Below, in pieces: positions 8,970 to 18,276 of a stretch of DNA of 64,000 bases (position 1 is the stretch's first letter; every line of letters begins with the position of its first letter). The notes under the pieces are model-generated. The model had not been told where the DNA came from, ran no database searches, and saw only the letters and a list, made by a program, of their open reading frames with translations. The stretch is taken from the IMG/VR virus record IMGVR_UViG_3300037487_002113. One strand, 5' to 3'. The position numbers and the translations under genes are program-made. This stretch comes from an uncultured virus (IMG/VR IMGVR_UViG_3300037487_002113) (Duplodnaviria > Heunggongvirae > Uroviricota > Caudoviricetes).

Positions 8970-9292
8970 CTGCATCGTGCGCCCGCTGCGCGTCGCCCCT
9001 GAGCGACAGGCGCTGCGCTGACGAGACTTGTCCCTTCCACAGCTGTGCGCAGAGCGACGCGCGCGGCTGGGTCGGGCATCCCAACGCAAAACGAGAGCGT
9101 CACGGGTTCCGATCCGCGACCGTGCTCGTCAGCGCGCTCCGCCTCATCGAAGACTCCTGCGCCAAACTGCGCGTGCGGCTACATCCGTACGCAATCAAGG
9201 CGCACAACCCTTTCCGCGACTGCTGCGGAGAGCACGAACTCGAACAGCACGCGACCGATTGCCACCACCGACCGAGGAGCCAACGACCATGA
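8966..9292 (+). CDS. Cys/His-rich hypothetical protein
   Basis: CARC...C..ETCPF N-terminus; coupled at both ends. Confidence 0.55.
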   Translation: MTASCARCASPLSDRRCADETCPFHSCAQSDARGWVGHPNAKRERHGFRSATVLVSALRLIEDSCAKLRVRLHPYAIKAHNPFRDCCGEHELEQHATDCHHRPRSQRP

Positions 9293-9999
9293 TGTACAAG
9301 AACAACACGGAAACGACCACGCGAGACTGGATCTCGCTGAACACCAACGAGGCGTACGCGCCGCTCATCGCTTACACGATGGGCGAGGACTTCGACGCGC
9401 TGGAGCGCATCGGCCGCCCGGAGGACCCGGACCTCGACGAGCCCGACGACCCGTGCATCGACGAGCCCGACGCGGGCGAGATGACCGCGACCGAGTACGC
9501 AGAGGCCCTCGCCACGTACAACGCCGAGATGGCGCCCTACCGCGAGGCGCTTGCCGCGTACGAGAAGGCGCTCGAAGCGCACGAGGAGGCCGTCCGCGAG
9601 TTCGAGGAGGAGCTTCACGGCTTCCCGGTCGCCTGGAACTGTATGTGGTCGCCGCGCGAGAGCGTGTACGGCGGCCAACTCGAAGCACTCACGGAAGCCG
9701 GCTTCATCGTCTACGCGGTCTCGAAGCACACGGACATCCCGTACGGCTTCGACCACGTCTTCGGCGTGGACGGGGCCGGGTACGACTTCTACGACCAGCA
9801 CTGGAGGCCGCTGCGCGCGATTCTGTCGCGCGACGCTGCGCAGCGGTGGCTCAGCAAGGGCTACGGCTCTGCCGCCGACACCGTGCGCGAGCACAACGAG
9901 CTTGTCGCGTTCCTCGCAACCGAGGGTGGCGACGAGGAGCCTGCGCAATTCATCACGCGCTACTCGCTCCCGGTCCCCGAGACCGCCGCGGCCGAGTGA
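9289..9999 (+). CDS. Conserved phage hypothetical protein (FGxDGAGYDFYxxHW family)
   Basis: GFIVY...FGVDGAGYDFYDQHWRPL motif; GAGGAG RBS. Confidence 0.75.
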   Translation: MMYKNNTETTTRDWISLNTNEAYAPLIAYTMGEDFDALERIGRPEDPDLDEPDDPCIDEPDAGEMTATEYAEALATYNAEMAPYREALAAYEKALEAHEEAVREFEEELHGFPVAWNCMWSPRESVYGGQLEALTEAGFIVYAVSKHTDIPYGFDHVFGVDGAGYDFYDQHWRPLRAILSRDAAQRWLSKGYGSAADTVREHNELVAFLATEGGDEEPAQFITRYSLPVPETAAAE

Positions 10000-10001
10000 C
10001 C

Positions 10002-10238
10002 ATGCGCTTCATCCTCTGGGACCAGGACCGAGGCGAGCCGCTCCGAGGCAACGGAGGCGAATACCTCACGAGCGGCGCCATCGGCGTCATCGACGAGGAA
10101 AACGTCTACTTCACGACGTACGCCAAGTACCCGGACGCGCGGCGCCCGAAGGACCTCCCGGTCCACGGGCGCATCTGCGGCGTCGAGTACAGCATGGCGT
10201 GGACGCACGGCGTCTACGACATCATCCGAATCGACTGA
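10002..10238 (+). CDS. Hypothetical protein
   Basis: ORF directly after the previous stop. Confidence 0.6.
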   Translation: MRFILWDQDRGEPLRGNGGEYLTSGAIGVIDEENVYFTTYAKYPDARRPKDLPVHGRICGVEYSMAWTHGVYDIIRID

Positions 10239-10250
10239 GAGCCGTCAGTC

Positions 10251-10294
10251 CGAGAGGCCGAGCCGCGTCACTGTGGCTCGGCCTCTCGCGTTTC
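10251..10294 (+). terminator. Hairpin + TTTC
   Basis: 14-bp perfect stem CGAGAGGCCGAGCC/GGCTCGGCCTCTCG, then CGTTTC. Confidence 0.65.
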
Positions 10295-10322
10295 CCACCA
10301 ACCACAGACCACGGAGATTCTC

Positions 10323-10922
10323 ATGCACATACATTCCGAGCAGAAGATCGGCGCGCTCACGCTCAAGATCGTCCTCGACGAGGACGGCGGGGGCTTCAAC
10401 CCCAGGACGGACTACGACAACGGCAGCATCATGATCGGGTGGCACCGTCGGCGCACCGTCGGCGACGACCTCAGCAAGGCCGGGCTGTCGAGCCAGCAGC
10501 TCCGCGACGACTTCGGGTCGATCGAGGAGATCCGCGACTACCTCGTGGAGCGCTTCAAGCCGAAGTGCATCCTGCCGCTCTTCATCTACGAACACGGCGA
10601 GGCGATCTACGCCACCACCCCGTTCGGCGACCCCTGGGACAGCGGGCAGGTCGGCTTCATCTTCACGGACGGGACTGAGGAGTTCCCGAACCCCGAGGAG
10701 ATTCTCAACGGCCAGGTGGCCCAGTATTCGGACTGGGCCAACGGCGAGATCCACGGATTCGTCGTGGAGGACGAGCACGGCAACGTGCTGACGTCCGTAG
10801 GCGGATTCATCGGCGACCCGGAGAAGTCGGGCTGCATCGAGGATGGAATCTCCTCCGCCAACGCAGAGAACGAGTACGCCGCGCGCGAGACGGCCAAGTG
10901 CGAAGCGGCGGTGCACCTGTGA
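10323..10922 (+). CDS. Conserved phage hypothetical protein (LPLxxYxH...PWDSGQVG family)
   Basis: LPLFIYEHG...PFGDPWDSGQVGFIF...W.NGE..GF.V motif. Confidence 0.8.
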   Translation: MHIHSEQKIGALTLKIVLDEDGGGFNPRTDYDNGSIMIGWHRRRTVGDDLSKAGLSSQQLRDDFGSIEEIRDYLVERFKPKCILPLFIYEHGEAIYATTPFGDPWDSGQVGFIFTDGTEEFPNPEEILNGQVAQYSDWANGEIHGFVVEDEHGNVLTSVGGFIGDPEKSGCIEDGISSANAENEYAARETAKCEAAVHL

Positions 10923-11293
10923 CCGCCCGCGCTGGGTCCGGCGGCACCGCGTACGCCGCGCGCCGCGCCGTGCAGCGCCACTTCGTGGCGAAAATGGACA
11001 AGGAGGTGACGGATTCGCTCGCTGACGCGATGTGGAACCTTCACTACGGTCCGAGCGGTGGCGGCAGGAGCTACGAGACGTGCCTCACGACGCTTCGCGC
11101 GTGGTCCGAGAGCACCCTGAACGACGCCTACTACGACGTCCAGAGCGGCGAGGTGCTCGAATCCGAGCCGCAGAGCTGGGAAGACGAGGACGGCAACGTC
11201 GTCGAGCCCAACACGGACGACTACATGCGCTTCGACGTGTCTGACGTGAAGCGCCTGATGTTCGCGGACTTGATCGCACACGGTGGATTCTGA
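10919..11293 (+). CDS. Hypothetical acidic protein
   Basis: GTGA overlap; alternative ATG at 10994. Confidence 0.6.
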   Translation: MTARAGSGGTAYAARRAVQRHFVAKMDKEVTDSLADAMWNLHYGPSGGGRSYETCLTTLRAWSESTLNDAYYDVQSGEVLESEPQSWEDEDGNVVEPNTDDYMRFDVSDVKRLMFADLIAHGGF

Positions 11294-11550
11294 TGGACGC
11301 CATCGACAAAGACGCGCTCAACGCCATGCGTGAGCGTCACCGGCCCGGCACGCGCTGGGCGGCCTACGAGAACCAGGCGCTCGACTCGTCGAACGCCGGC
11401 CACCTGCAGTTCCTGCTCGTCGGAAGCGGCTGCACGTACACGGAGCCGCCGGCGAAGTACCCCATCGACAACGCCAACGGTGCGGGATGGCGTTACCTGC
11501 TCGTCGGCATCGTCAACATCGACTACGGCAACATCGGAGCACTCCCGTGA
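11293..11550 (+). CDS. Hypothetical protein
   Basis: TGATG coupling. Confidence 0.7.
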   Translation: MDAIDKDALNAMRERHRPGTRWAAYENQALDSSNAGHLQFLLVGSGCTYTEPPAKYPIDNANGAGWRYLLVGIVNIDYGNIGALP

Positions 11551-11738
11551 GCAGCGACGGCAAGGGCGCGCGCAAAATGCGCGCGGCGCTGTGCGCGAAG
11601 TGCGGTGACAGCGGCGAGATGACCGAGTGGAGTCGCTCGAAGGGTCGGGTAACGACCGCTCGCTACGTCCCGTGTCCCAAGAACTGCCAAGCAGCGCAGC
11701 GCAAGAAGGAGGCGGCAAATGCAAAAGCGATACGCTGA
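11547..11738 (+). CDS. Small zinc-finger-like protein
   Basis: CAKCGDSG...VPCPKNC. Confidence 0.55.
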   Translation: MSSDGKGARKMRAALCAKCGDSGEMTEWSRSKGRVTTARYVPCPKNCQAAQRKKEAANAKAIR

Positions 11739-11901
11739 GCGTCTACACAATCGAGACGAGGTGACCGTGCGCGACGGCAAGGAGCGCAAGCACGGGAAGG
11801 TCATCGGCGATCCCATCGAGGAGGGCAGCGGCATCTACGTTGACGTGCTCCTCGACTCCGGCGAGTTCCTTCGCCTCATCCACCACCGACAGCTGGACTG
11901 A
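11719..11901 (+). CDS. Small beta-barrel (SH3-like) hypothetical protein
   Basis: AGGAGG RBS; beta-strand pattern. Confidence 0.6.
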   Translation: MQKRYAERLHNRDEVTVRDGKERKHGKVIGDPIEEGSGIYVDVLLDSGEFLRLIHHRQLD

Positions 11902-11949
11902 GCAGTCCAGCTCGCCCCAACCACCGACAACGACAGCCAAGGAGAGATC

Positions 11950-13140
11950 ATGACCAACGAAGTTCGCGGAGCCAATACCGACTCAGAGGCCGCACGCCGC
12001 CAGGCCGCCGACACGCGGATCGCAGCAGACCCCTACGGCGACACGTTCGAGCACTTCGCTCGGTTCTGCCGTTCGTACACCGGCAGCAGCTTCCTGGATT
12101 CGGGTAGCGCCTACGGCTACACGTACAACCGGCCGATGCGCGCGAAGGACGCTCCGGCGATGCGCGCCGAGCGCGAGACCTACCGCGGCGCGACGCACGA
12201 GGAGTGGTTCGAGCGGATGCGAGATCTCTCGGACCTCGACGAGCACGAGCCCGTGCGCCTCTCGGACCTCGGCAAGAACTCCCCGTGCGAGATGACCGCT
12301 CACGTCTCGCTGGAGCACTGGATGGCGCACCACCTCCAGGCTTCCGACGAGACGCGCTGGCTCAACAGGCTGTACGCCTGGTGGGAAAGCAACCTCAACG
12401 ACAGCGCCAGGTCGTTCGACACGGAGGAGTTCGTCAAGTGGGCGCAGGCGGCGCGCGCGGCGTCGCTTCACGACACGGAGCCGCGAGGCGCCGAAGACGA
12501 GACGCATCCCGAAAGCGAGCAGCGCGCGGCCCGCGTCAAGCTCGTCCGCTCCGTGACCGACCACGACGCGCGGCGCGACCTGCTCGCGCTCCTCAAGGAG
12601 GAAGACGACGGCGGATTCTTCGACGTGCTGCTCGAATACGACGAGGAGATCGAGCACGTCGCGTCGGGCAACACCTACAACGACGACAACGACCTCAGCC
12701 AAGACCTCCAGTGGCACGCGTTCGGCCCTGAGCGCCGAGACTTCTACGGCGTGAAGCTCCTGGCGGTTCAGCCGCACTGTGGCTGCGACGCGCGCGGCGG
12801 CTATCCGCAGCCTCGCTGGTACAGCGTCGACGGCAGCGACGGCGACTGGACCAGCTGGCGGACGACCTTCTGGATCGGCGAAGGCAACGACATGGAATCG
12901 GAGCACCTCCGCTTCGTGCCGCTCGACTGGTGGCGCACGCAGCGGCCCGACGTCGACACGCTGACGCTTCCCGGCGTCGCCAAGGCGCCGAACCCCGATG
13001 ACTGGGACGAGTCGTGCGCGACCATCGTCGCGGACGAGAACGGTGAGAAGTGGATTCTCATCTACATCGGCGGCCACCGCTGGAGCAACGACCCGGTCGG
13101 CAGCTGCAACATCCGGTACTCGTGCGGAGAGCTGTCGTGA
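11950..13140 (+). CDS. Conserved phage hypothetical protein (FLDSG.AYG / NTYN..LSQ / H.G.D.RGGY family)
   Basis: Recalled motifs; AAGGAG RBS. Confidence 0.8.
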   Translation: MTNEVRGANTDSEAARRQAADTRIAADPYGDTFEHFARFCRSYTGSSFLDSGSAYGYTYNRPMRAKDAPAMRAERETYRGATHEEWFERMRDLSDLDEHEPVRLSDLGKNSPCEMTAHVSLEHWMAHHLQASDETRWLNRLYAWWESNLNDSARSFDTEEFVKWAQAARAASLHDTEPRGAEDETHPESEQRAARVKLVRSVTDHDARRDLLALLKEEDDGGFFDVLLEYDEEIEHVASGNTYNDDNDLSQDLQWHAFGPERRDFYGVKLLAVQPHCGCDARGGYPQPRWYSVDGSDGDWTSWRTTFWIGEGNDMESEHLRFVPLDWWRTQRPDVDTLTLPGVAKAPNPDDWDESCATIVADENGEKWILIYIGGHRWSNDPVGSCNIRYSCGELS

Positions 13141-13421
13141 CCGCTCAGTTCCTGCGCGTCTTCGTCATCGGCTACGCGCCCAGCGTCGGGCGCAGCGGCG
13201 AGGCGGAAGCCGGCACCGGCGGCTTCGGATGGGAGCTGTCATGGGAAAAGGTCGTCGAGTTCATGTCGGGCGTCGCGTCGCCCGGACACGACTACCGAAT
13301 CTCCATGATCGAGGTGCCCGCCGGGCTGAGCGGCGACGACCTCACCAACTGGCTCGATGAGCGGCCCGACCTGTGGGAGCCGCCGATTCCGATCTACGAC
13401 CCGACCACCAAGGAGAACTGA
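13137..13421 (+). CDS. Hypothetical protein
   Basis: GTGA overlap. Confidence 0.6.
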   Translation: MTAQFLRVFVIGYAPSVGRSGEAEAGTGGFGWELSWEKVVEFMSGVASPGHDYRISMIEVPAGLSGDDLTNWLDERPDLWEPPIPIYDPTTKEN

Positions 13422-13422
13422 C

Positions 13423-13797
13423 ATGACCACCAACGATCAGACCACCGAAAAGCCGACCACTCCCCGCAACCCCATCGACTCCTCGGCGTGCGAGGATCAC
13501 CTCGCCGCGGCGCGCGCGTTCGCCGACAAGATCGGACTGCGCGAGCAGCTCGAAGGGTGCCTCGAACGCCTCGCCGGGCCCACTTTCGGGCGTGAGTCGC
13601 AGGCGCGCCTGTTCAAGGACTTCGCCCCCTACTCGTTCGAGTTCGTGAAGCTCGTCCGATCGGAGAGCGGAGGCTGGGACTACGCCTACAACGGCGGCCT
13701 CATCTACCACGGCCCGCACGACAACGGCGGCGACGGCAGCGGCCCGACGTTCAGCGTGAACCTCACGCCGCACAACGGCTGGAGCATCCACACGTGA
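13423..13797 (+). CDS. DUF4120-family protein
   Basis: CLERL...DFAPYSF...GGLIYHG...FSV.L.P..GWSIHT C-terminus. Confidence 0.8.
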   Translation: MTTNDQTTEKPTTPRNPIDSSACEDHLAAARAFADKIGLREQLEGCLERLAGPTFGRESQARLFKDFAPYSFEFVKLVRSESGGWDYAYNGGLIYHGPHDNGGDGSGPTFSVNLTPHNGWSIHT

Positions 13798-14120
13798 CCG
13801 ACTACCTGCTGCACGTGGTCCGCTCGACCGTCGAGAAGGACGAGCTGACGCTCCGCCCGCTCTTCTGGTCCAACGAGGACGGCTGGGTCGACCGCAACTC
13901 GGCGACCGTGTTCTCGCACGTCGACTCGTTCCGGTACGACTTGCCGACCGGCGGCGAGTGGGTTCCCAACGACTGCGCCGACGGCCACGATGCCGACGCG
14001 CTGACCGTCCGCCCCGCCGAGGGGTGGGCGCACATCGTCGACATCAACTGCGCGCGCTGCGGGCAACTCGGCCTGCTGCGCATCGACAACGAGACGATCG
14101 ATTGGAGCGTAGAGCCATGA
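13794..14120 (+). CDS. Hypothetical protein: FWSNEDGW N-domain + C..H..CxxC..W module
   Basis: CADGHDAD...INCARC...IDW. Confidence 0.7.
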   Translation: MTDYLLHVVRSTVEKDELTLRPLFWSNEDGWVDRNSATVFSHVDSFRYDLPTGGEWVPNDCADGHDADALTVRPAEGWAHIVDINCARCGQLGLLRIDNETIDWSVEP

Positions 14121-14326
14121 GCAAGAACGACATCCCTCGGTTCACCAAGATCCGCACGGCAGATCTCTCTGCCATGACCGACCTCCTCACGGACTCCTAC
14201 ATGGCGTTCGAGGACATCGTCAACGACCTGACCAACGGCGCACCGGTAGAGGCGACGGGCCGCGCACGTGGGATGGCGATCGAGCTTCGCAACTGGCGCC
14301 CAAACCCCAAAGACAGCGAGAAATGA
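14117..14326 (+). CDS. Hypothetical protein
   Basis: ATGA overlap. Confidence 0.6.
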   Translation: MSKNDIPRFTKIRTADLSAMTDLLTDSYMAFEDIVNDLTNGAPVEATGRARGMAIELRNWRPNPKDSEK

Positions 14327-14327
14327 C

Positions 14328-14687
14328 ATGAGCACCATCATCAAGACCGAGAAGACCAACGTTCACGTCGACGACTACGACGAGTCTCCGGAGGGCGTCT
14401 ACCACATCTCTGTGCGCAACAAGGATGGCGACGAGATCGGCTACTGGACGAAGGACGAGATCGCCGAAGACACCGTCTCCGTCCTCGGCGCCATCTTCGG
14501 CGCGATCAAGCAGGGATCTGCCGGCGCCGTGCACAACGGGCGGGCGCCATCATCGTTCAGGTTCACCGTCGCAGTCGATCTGTCCGCGGAGTCTCGCGAG
14601 GACGCGAAGGATGCCCTGGACCGGATCATGGGCTCAGGCGAAAGCGTGCTCGGGTTCAGCTTCGTCAAGGAAGGATTCATCGAATGA
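14328..14687 (+). CDS. Hypothetical protein
   Basis: Coupled ORF. Confidence 0.65.
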   Translation: MSTIIKTEKTNVHVDDYDESPEGVYHISVRNKDGDEIGYWTKDEIAEDTVSVLGAIFGAIKQGSAGAVHNGRAPSSFRFTVAVDLSAESREDAKDALDRIMGSGESVLGFSFVKEGFIE

Positions 14688-15070
14688 CCACCATCCGACA
14701 CAAGCAGCACGACCTGGAGATCGTCTCCTACTACCACAAGCACGGCACCGACGGCTGGTGCTGCCACCCGGACGACACGACGGACTCGATGATCAGCACG
14801 ATCCTCGACCACATCTACGACGCCGGCGACGAGGCCCAGCGTCGCATCCTCACGCTCATCGTGAACGGCGCCATCCCCGAGGCGCTCGAAGCATGGGCAG
14901 ATGAGACGTCAGAGGGATTCGATGTCGGCGTCCTCTCCAAGTCGAGCGACAACCTGCGCGGGCTCTCCATGTCGTGGGACGCGAACGTCCCACGCAAGCA
15001 GTACGACAACGTCGCGCGCGCCAAGAAGATGCTCGCGGAACTCACGGCAGACGACAACGAGGAGGGATGA
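14684..15070 (+). CDS. Hypothetical protein
   Basis: AAGGA RBS, ATGA overlap. Confidence 0.7.
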   Translation: MTTIRHKQHDLEIVSYYHKHGTDGWCCHPDDTTDSMISTILDHIYDAGDEAQRRILTLIVNGAIPEALEAWADETSEGFDVGVLSKSSDNLRGLSMSWDANVPRKQYDNVARAKKMLAELTADDNEEG

Positions 15071-15072
15071 CC

Positions 15073-15333
15073 ATGGCACGTACGTTCTACAAAGCGGTGT
15101 TCTCGATCGAAGTGCTCTCCGAGGAGCCCATCGACGACATGACGCTCGAAGACATCGAGTACGCGATCACCGAGGGGCACTGCTCCGGCGTGATCACGAA
15201 GTCGGACACGGTGGAGATGACCGGCCCGGAGATGGCCAAGGCGCTACTCGCGCAGGGCAGCGACGCCGAGTTCTTCCAGCTCGACGACGACGGCAACGAT
15301 CTCAGCGAAGGAGACGAAGATGAAGATCAGTGA
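15073..15333 (+). CDS. Hypothetical acidic protein
   Basis: GGAGG RBS; IEVLSEE...GSD.EFF motif. Confidence 0.7.
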   Translation: MARTFYKAVFSIEVLSEEPIDDMTLEDIEYAITEGHCSGVITKSDTVEMTGPEMAKALLAQGSDAEFFQLDDDGNDLSEGDEDEDQ

Positions 15334-15562
15334 ACTCATCGCGAAGCTCGAAGAGGCCAAGCAGAACATCGGCGACGCCGACGTGTGCATGGTCGAGACG
15401 AAGCGCGACTACTGGGGTGGCGTCATCATCCGCGACGTACTGGACGTCGGCGAAGAGAGCGTCAAGTGGAGCGACTACCACGAGTCGTGGTCGACGCGCC
15501 CAGACAACAACCCGGACGCCGACTGGATCGCAGACAAGAAGATCTTCGCCATCGGGCGATGA
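15320..15562 (+). CDS. Hypothetical protein (MK.SELI.KL paralog 1)
   Basis: Similar to 15574..15798. Confidence 0.7.
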   Translation: MKISELIAKLEEAKQNIGDADVCMVETKRDYWGGVIIRDVLDVGEESVKWSDYHESWSTRPDNNPDADWIADKKIFAIGR

Positions 15563-15573
15563 AGGAGACGACA

Positions 15574-15798
15574 ATGAAAGTAAGTGAACTCATCAGCAAG
15601 CTCGAACGGCTCAAGTCAGAAGCCGGCGACATCGAGGTGGCGACGGCACACCACATGGGAGACATCCTCCACTCGACGGTCTTCCACGCTGCGCGCGGAG
15701 CGCACGTGGCTGGAGTCCGGTGGTCGGCGTACTTCGGGGCCTGGCAGGAAAGCACGACCGAGGAGCCCGAAGACCGGCGACTCGTCGTCATCGAGTGA
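15574..15798 (+). CDS. Hypothetical protein (MK.SELI.KL paralog 2)
   Basis: Similar to 15320..15562; AAGGAG RBS. Confidence 0.7.
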   Translation: MKVSELISKLERLKSEAGDIEVATAHHMGDILHSTVFHAARGAHVAGVRWSAYFGAWQESTTEEPEDRRLVVIE

Positions 15799-15810
15799 AG
15801 GAGACGCGAC

Positions 15811-15993
15811 ATGACCATCGACGAAGCAATCGACCAGCTCTACCGGGCGCGCGCACTGTCACCGCTGGGAGGGCGCACCGTGCTCGTAACGTGCCTGGTG
15901 GACAGTGAGATCCCCTACCTGCCCGTGGACAGCCTCAAGCTGGAACTCGACGGCGACGGGGCCCTGCTCCTGTCAATGAGCACGATTGAATAA
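15811..15993 (+). CDS. Hypothetical protein
   Basis: AAGGAG RBS. Confidence 0.6.
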   Translation: MTIDEAIDQLYRARALSPLGGRTVLVTCLVDSEIPYLPVDSLKLELDGDGALLLSMSTIE

Positions 15994-16027
15994 TGAGGCC
16001 CGCGAGGGCCAAGGGAGACCAACGACC

Positions 16028-16507
16028 ATGACCAACGACGACAAGACGAAGGACAAGTATCTCATCGGAGAAACTTGCGGCAGTGAGTACGGCAGAGAAG
16101 AGGCGTCGTACGCGATCGTTCAGATCAGCGAGGCGTCGGCCAAGAACATCCTCAGCTGGATGCGCAAGTTCGAGAAGGGAGGCGTCCTCGAAGGCGCGGC
16201 GTACGTCCAGTTCTTCGACTACTCCGCGACGTTCCTGATGATGCTCGACAAGGTGTACCCCAGCTACGACGAGAGCGGCATCGTCATCGCCGACTTCTCG
16301 GAGCTGCTCACTCACGTCTACGACCTCTCGTACGAAGGAGACGATGGGCCGGTCGTGCGGACGGAACTCAACATGATGTCGATCTCCGACGACAGAGTCC
16401 GCTGGAACGCGTGCATCAAGCACACCGACGCGGATGTCGAGAGCCCTGCGCTCACGCGCGAGCAGATCGAAGAGATGATCGCTGACTTCGCCAAGGAGGC
16501 AACGTGA
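16028..16507 (+). CDS. Hypothetical protein, duplicated family A copy 1
   Basis: Clearly similar to 17552..18010. Confidence 0.8.
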   Translation: MTNDDKTKDKYLIGETCGSEYGREEASYAIVQISEASAKNILSWMRKFEKGGVLEGAAYVQFFDYSATFLMMLDKVYPSYDESGIVIADFSELLTHVYDLSYEGDDGPVVRTELNMMSISDDRVRWNACIKHTDADVESPALTREQIEEMIADFAKEAT

Positions 16508-16791
16508 AGAACGGCAAGAAGAAGGGCCCGCGCCAGGCCCGGCCGACCGGGCTCGGCAACGACGCGACCGAGTTCCTGCGCGAGCAGGAGGCGGCGAAGG
16601 CCAACCCGTGCGCCAGCGGCCACAAGCCCGACTGGCACAAGGCCGCGTTCGCCGACTCCCTTCCGGGCAACGGGGGCGGCTGCATCGTCACGATCCCATG
16701 CTCTCGCTGCGACGAAGAGGCTGGCATTCTCATCGACGATTCTGCGATCGAGTGGAGCAACGACACGCTCGCGAAGGGAGCACGGTCATGA
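16504..16791 (+). CDS. Hypothetical protein with C..H..CxxC..W module
   Basis: CASGHKPDW...IPCSRC...IEW; AAGGAGG RBS. Confidence 0.75.
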   Translation: MKNGKKKGPRQARPTGLGNDATEFLREQEAAKANPCASGHKPDWHKAAFADSLPGNGGGCIVTIPCSRCDEEAGILIDDSAIEWSNDTLAKGARS

Positions 16792-17183
16792 CCGACGAGA
16801 CGTGGACCATCAGGTTTCACGAGGGCAGCAACGTCTACGGCGGCACAAAGCACGCGACGCGCACGAGCCTGTGCCTCGCGCTGTCGAAGATCCACGACGA
16901 GTTCATGCGCGGCTCCCGCATCGGCTACATCAAGACCGATCTGGAGCTGCGCGTCGACGGCAAGCTCGTCTGGGCTGACCGCATCGACGTCGACGAGGAC
17001 GGCAGCCCCACTCCGTGGAGCACGTGGGACCGCTGGCTCGCCCACTACGAGTCGGACAAGGGCGCAGAGAGGTGTCGCCGCTTCGACATCGACCGCGACA
17101 TGAAGGTCGCCTACTACCGCGCGCTGACGAGCGGCGACTACGAGGCCGCGCGCAAGTGCATCGAACACACGGAGGCAGCATGA
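16788..17183 (+). CDS. Hypothetical protein
   Basis: GGAG RBS, ATGA overlap. Confidence 0.7.
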   Translation: MTDETWTIRFHEGSNVYGGTKHATRTSLCLALSKIHDEFMRGSRIGYIKTDLELRVDGKLVWADRIDVDEDGSPTPWSTWDRWLAHYESDKGAERCRRFDIDRDMKVAYYRALTSGDYEAARKCIEHTEAA

Positions 17184-17536
17184 ACGACAAGATCGAAGTC
17201 GGGCACATGGTCACGGTCTCGGACGGCGAAGTCACCGTCGAGCTGGAATGGATCGGAGAAGGCTACGACGGCGACTTCGACCCCGACTGGCCCGAGGACG
17301 AGCCTCTCATGCGCTTCACCGTGCTCCAGCGCGTCGACGGCGTGAACGAGCAGATCCGCGACGCCAGCTACTGCACGGCCATCCGCGCAGACGCGCCGCG
17401 AGACGAGCTGCTCGCGCACGCGAACACGATTCTGCACGAGGTCGCCGACCTCGTGCGCAACGGACAGTCCATCAAGAAGCTCTGCGAGGGGCTCTCGTGG
17501 ATCGGGTCCGAACGCAGCGCCGCGGCTACCGCCTAA
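17180..17536 (+). CDS. Hypothetical protein, duplicated family B copy 1
   Basis: Clearly similar to 19079..19435. Confidence 0.8.
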   Translation: MNDKIEVGHMVTVSDGEVTVELEWIGEGYDGDFDPDWPEDEPLMRFTVLQRVDGVNEQIRDASYCTAIRADAPRDELLAHANTILHEVADLVRNGQSIKKLCEGLSWIGSERSAAATA

Positions 17537-17551
17537 CCACCAACCAAGGAG

Positions 17552-18010
17552 ACCAACGACCACAGCAAGAACAAGTACCTCATCGGCGAGACATGCGGCA
17601 GCGACTACGGCATGGAGGAAGCCCGCTACGCCATCGTCGAGATCAGCCGCGAAGGCGCCACGAAGATCCTCGACTGGATGCGCAAGTTCGAGAAGGGCGG
17701 AGTGCTCGACGGACCGGCGTTCGTTCAGTTCTGGGACTACTCGGCGACGTTCCTGAAGGACCTCGACAAGTCCTTCCCGGACCACCGCGACGGCGACGTC
17801 TTCGTCGCCAACTTCTCGGAGTTGCTCGCTCACCCGAGCGACCTGGATGTGCCGGCCGTACGGACGGAACTCGACATGATGTCGATCTGCAGCGACAGCG
17901 TCGTCTGGAAGTCGTGCATCAAGCACACCGACGCCGGAATCGAGAGCCCTCGGCTCACTCGTGAGTCAATCGAAGAGATGATCGCTGACTTCGCCAAGGA
18001 GGCAACGTGA
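17552..18010 (+). pseudogene. Family A copy 2, original start codon deleted (may restart at ATG 17612)
   Basis: Homology to 16028 extends upstream of 17612 (TNDHSKNKYLIGETCGS), but no ATG follows the RBS. Confidence 0.6.
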
Positions 18011-18276
18011 ACGACGAGACCAGCGGCGCTCGGCGACCGCTCGCCGTCTGCCCGAGAGACGTGTCGCACAAGACGTTCTTCACCACGGCGACCGTGATGG
18101 AGGAGTGGCTCGTCAACGAGTTCGGAGACTTCATGGAAAGCAGCGCGACCATCGACGTCGCAGACAAGCCGGACGTGCGCAACCAGTGGCTGTGCTGCGC
18201 GTGCGACAAGGCTGCGCTCACAGGCGACGACGCCCGCGAGTTTCTGAACCACCAACAACAGAAGGAGACGCCATGA
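18007..18276 (+). CDS. Cys-rich hypothetical protein, family C copy 1
   Basis: C....H..F...ATV.E.W.V...GD...CxxC...GDDAREFL; paralog of the N-terminus of 18273. Confidence 0.75.
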   Translation: MNDETSGARRPLAVCPRDVSHKTFFTTATVMEEWLVNEFGDFMESSATIDVADKPDVRNQWLCCACDKAALTGDDAREFLNHQQQKETP

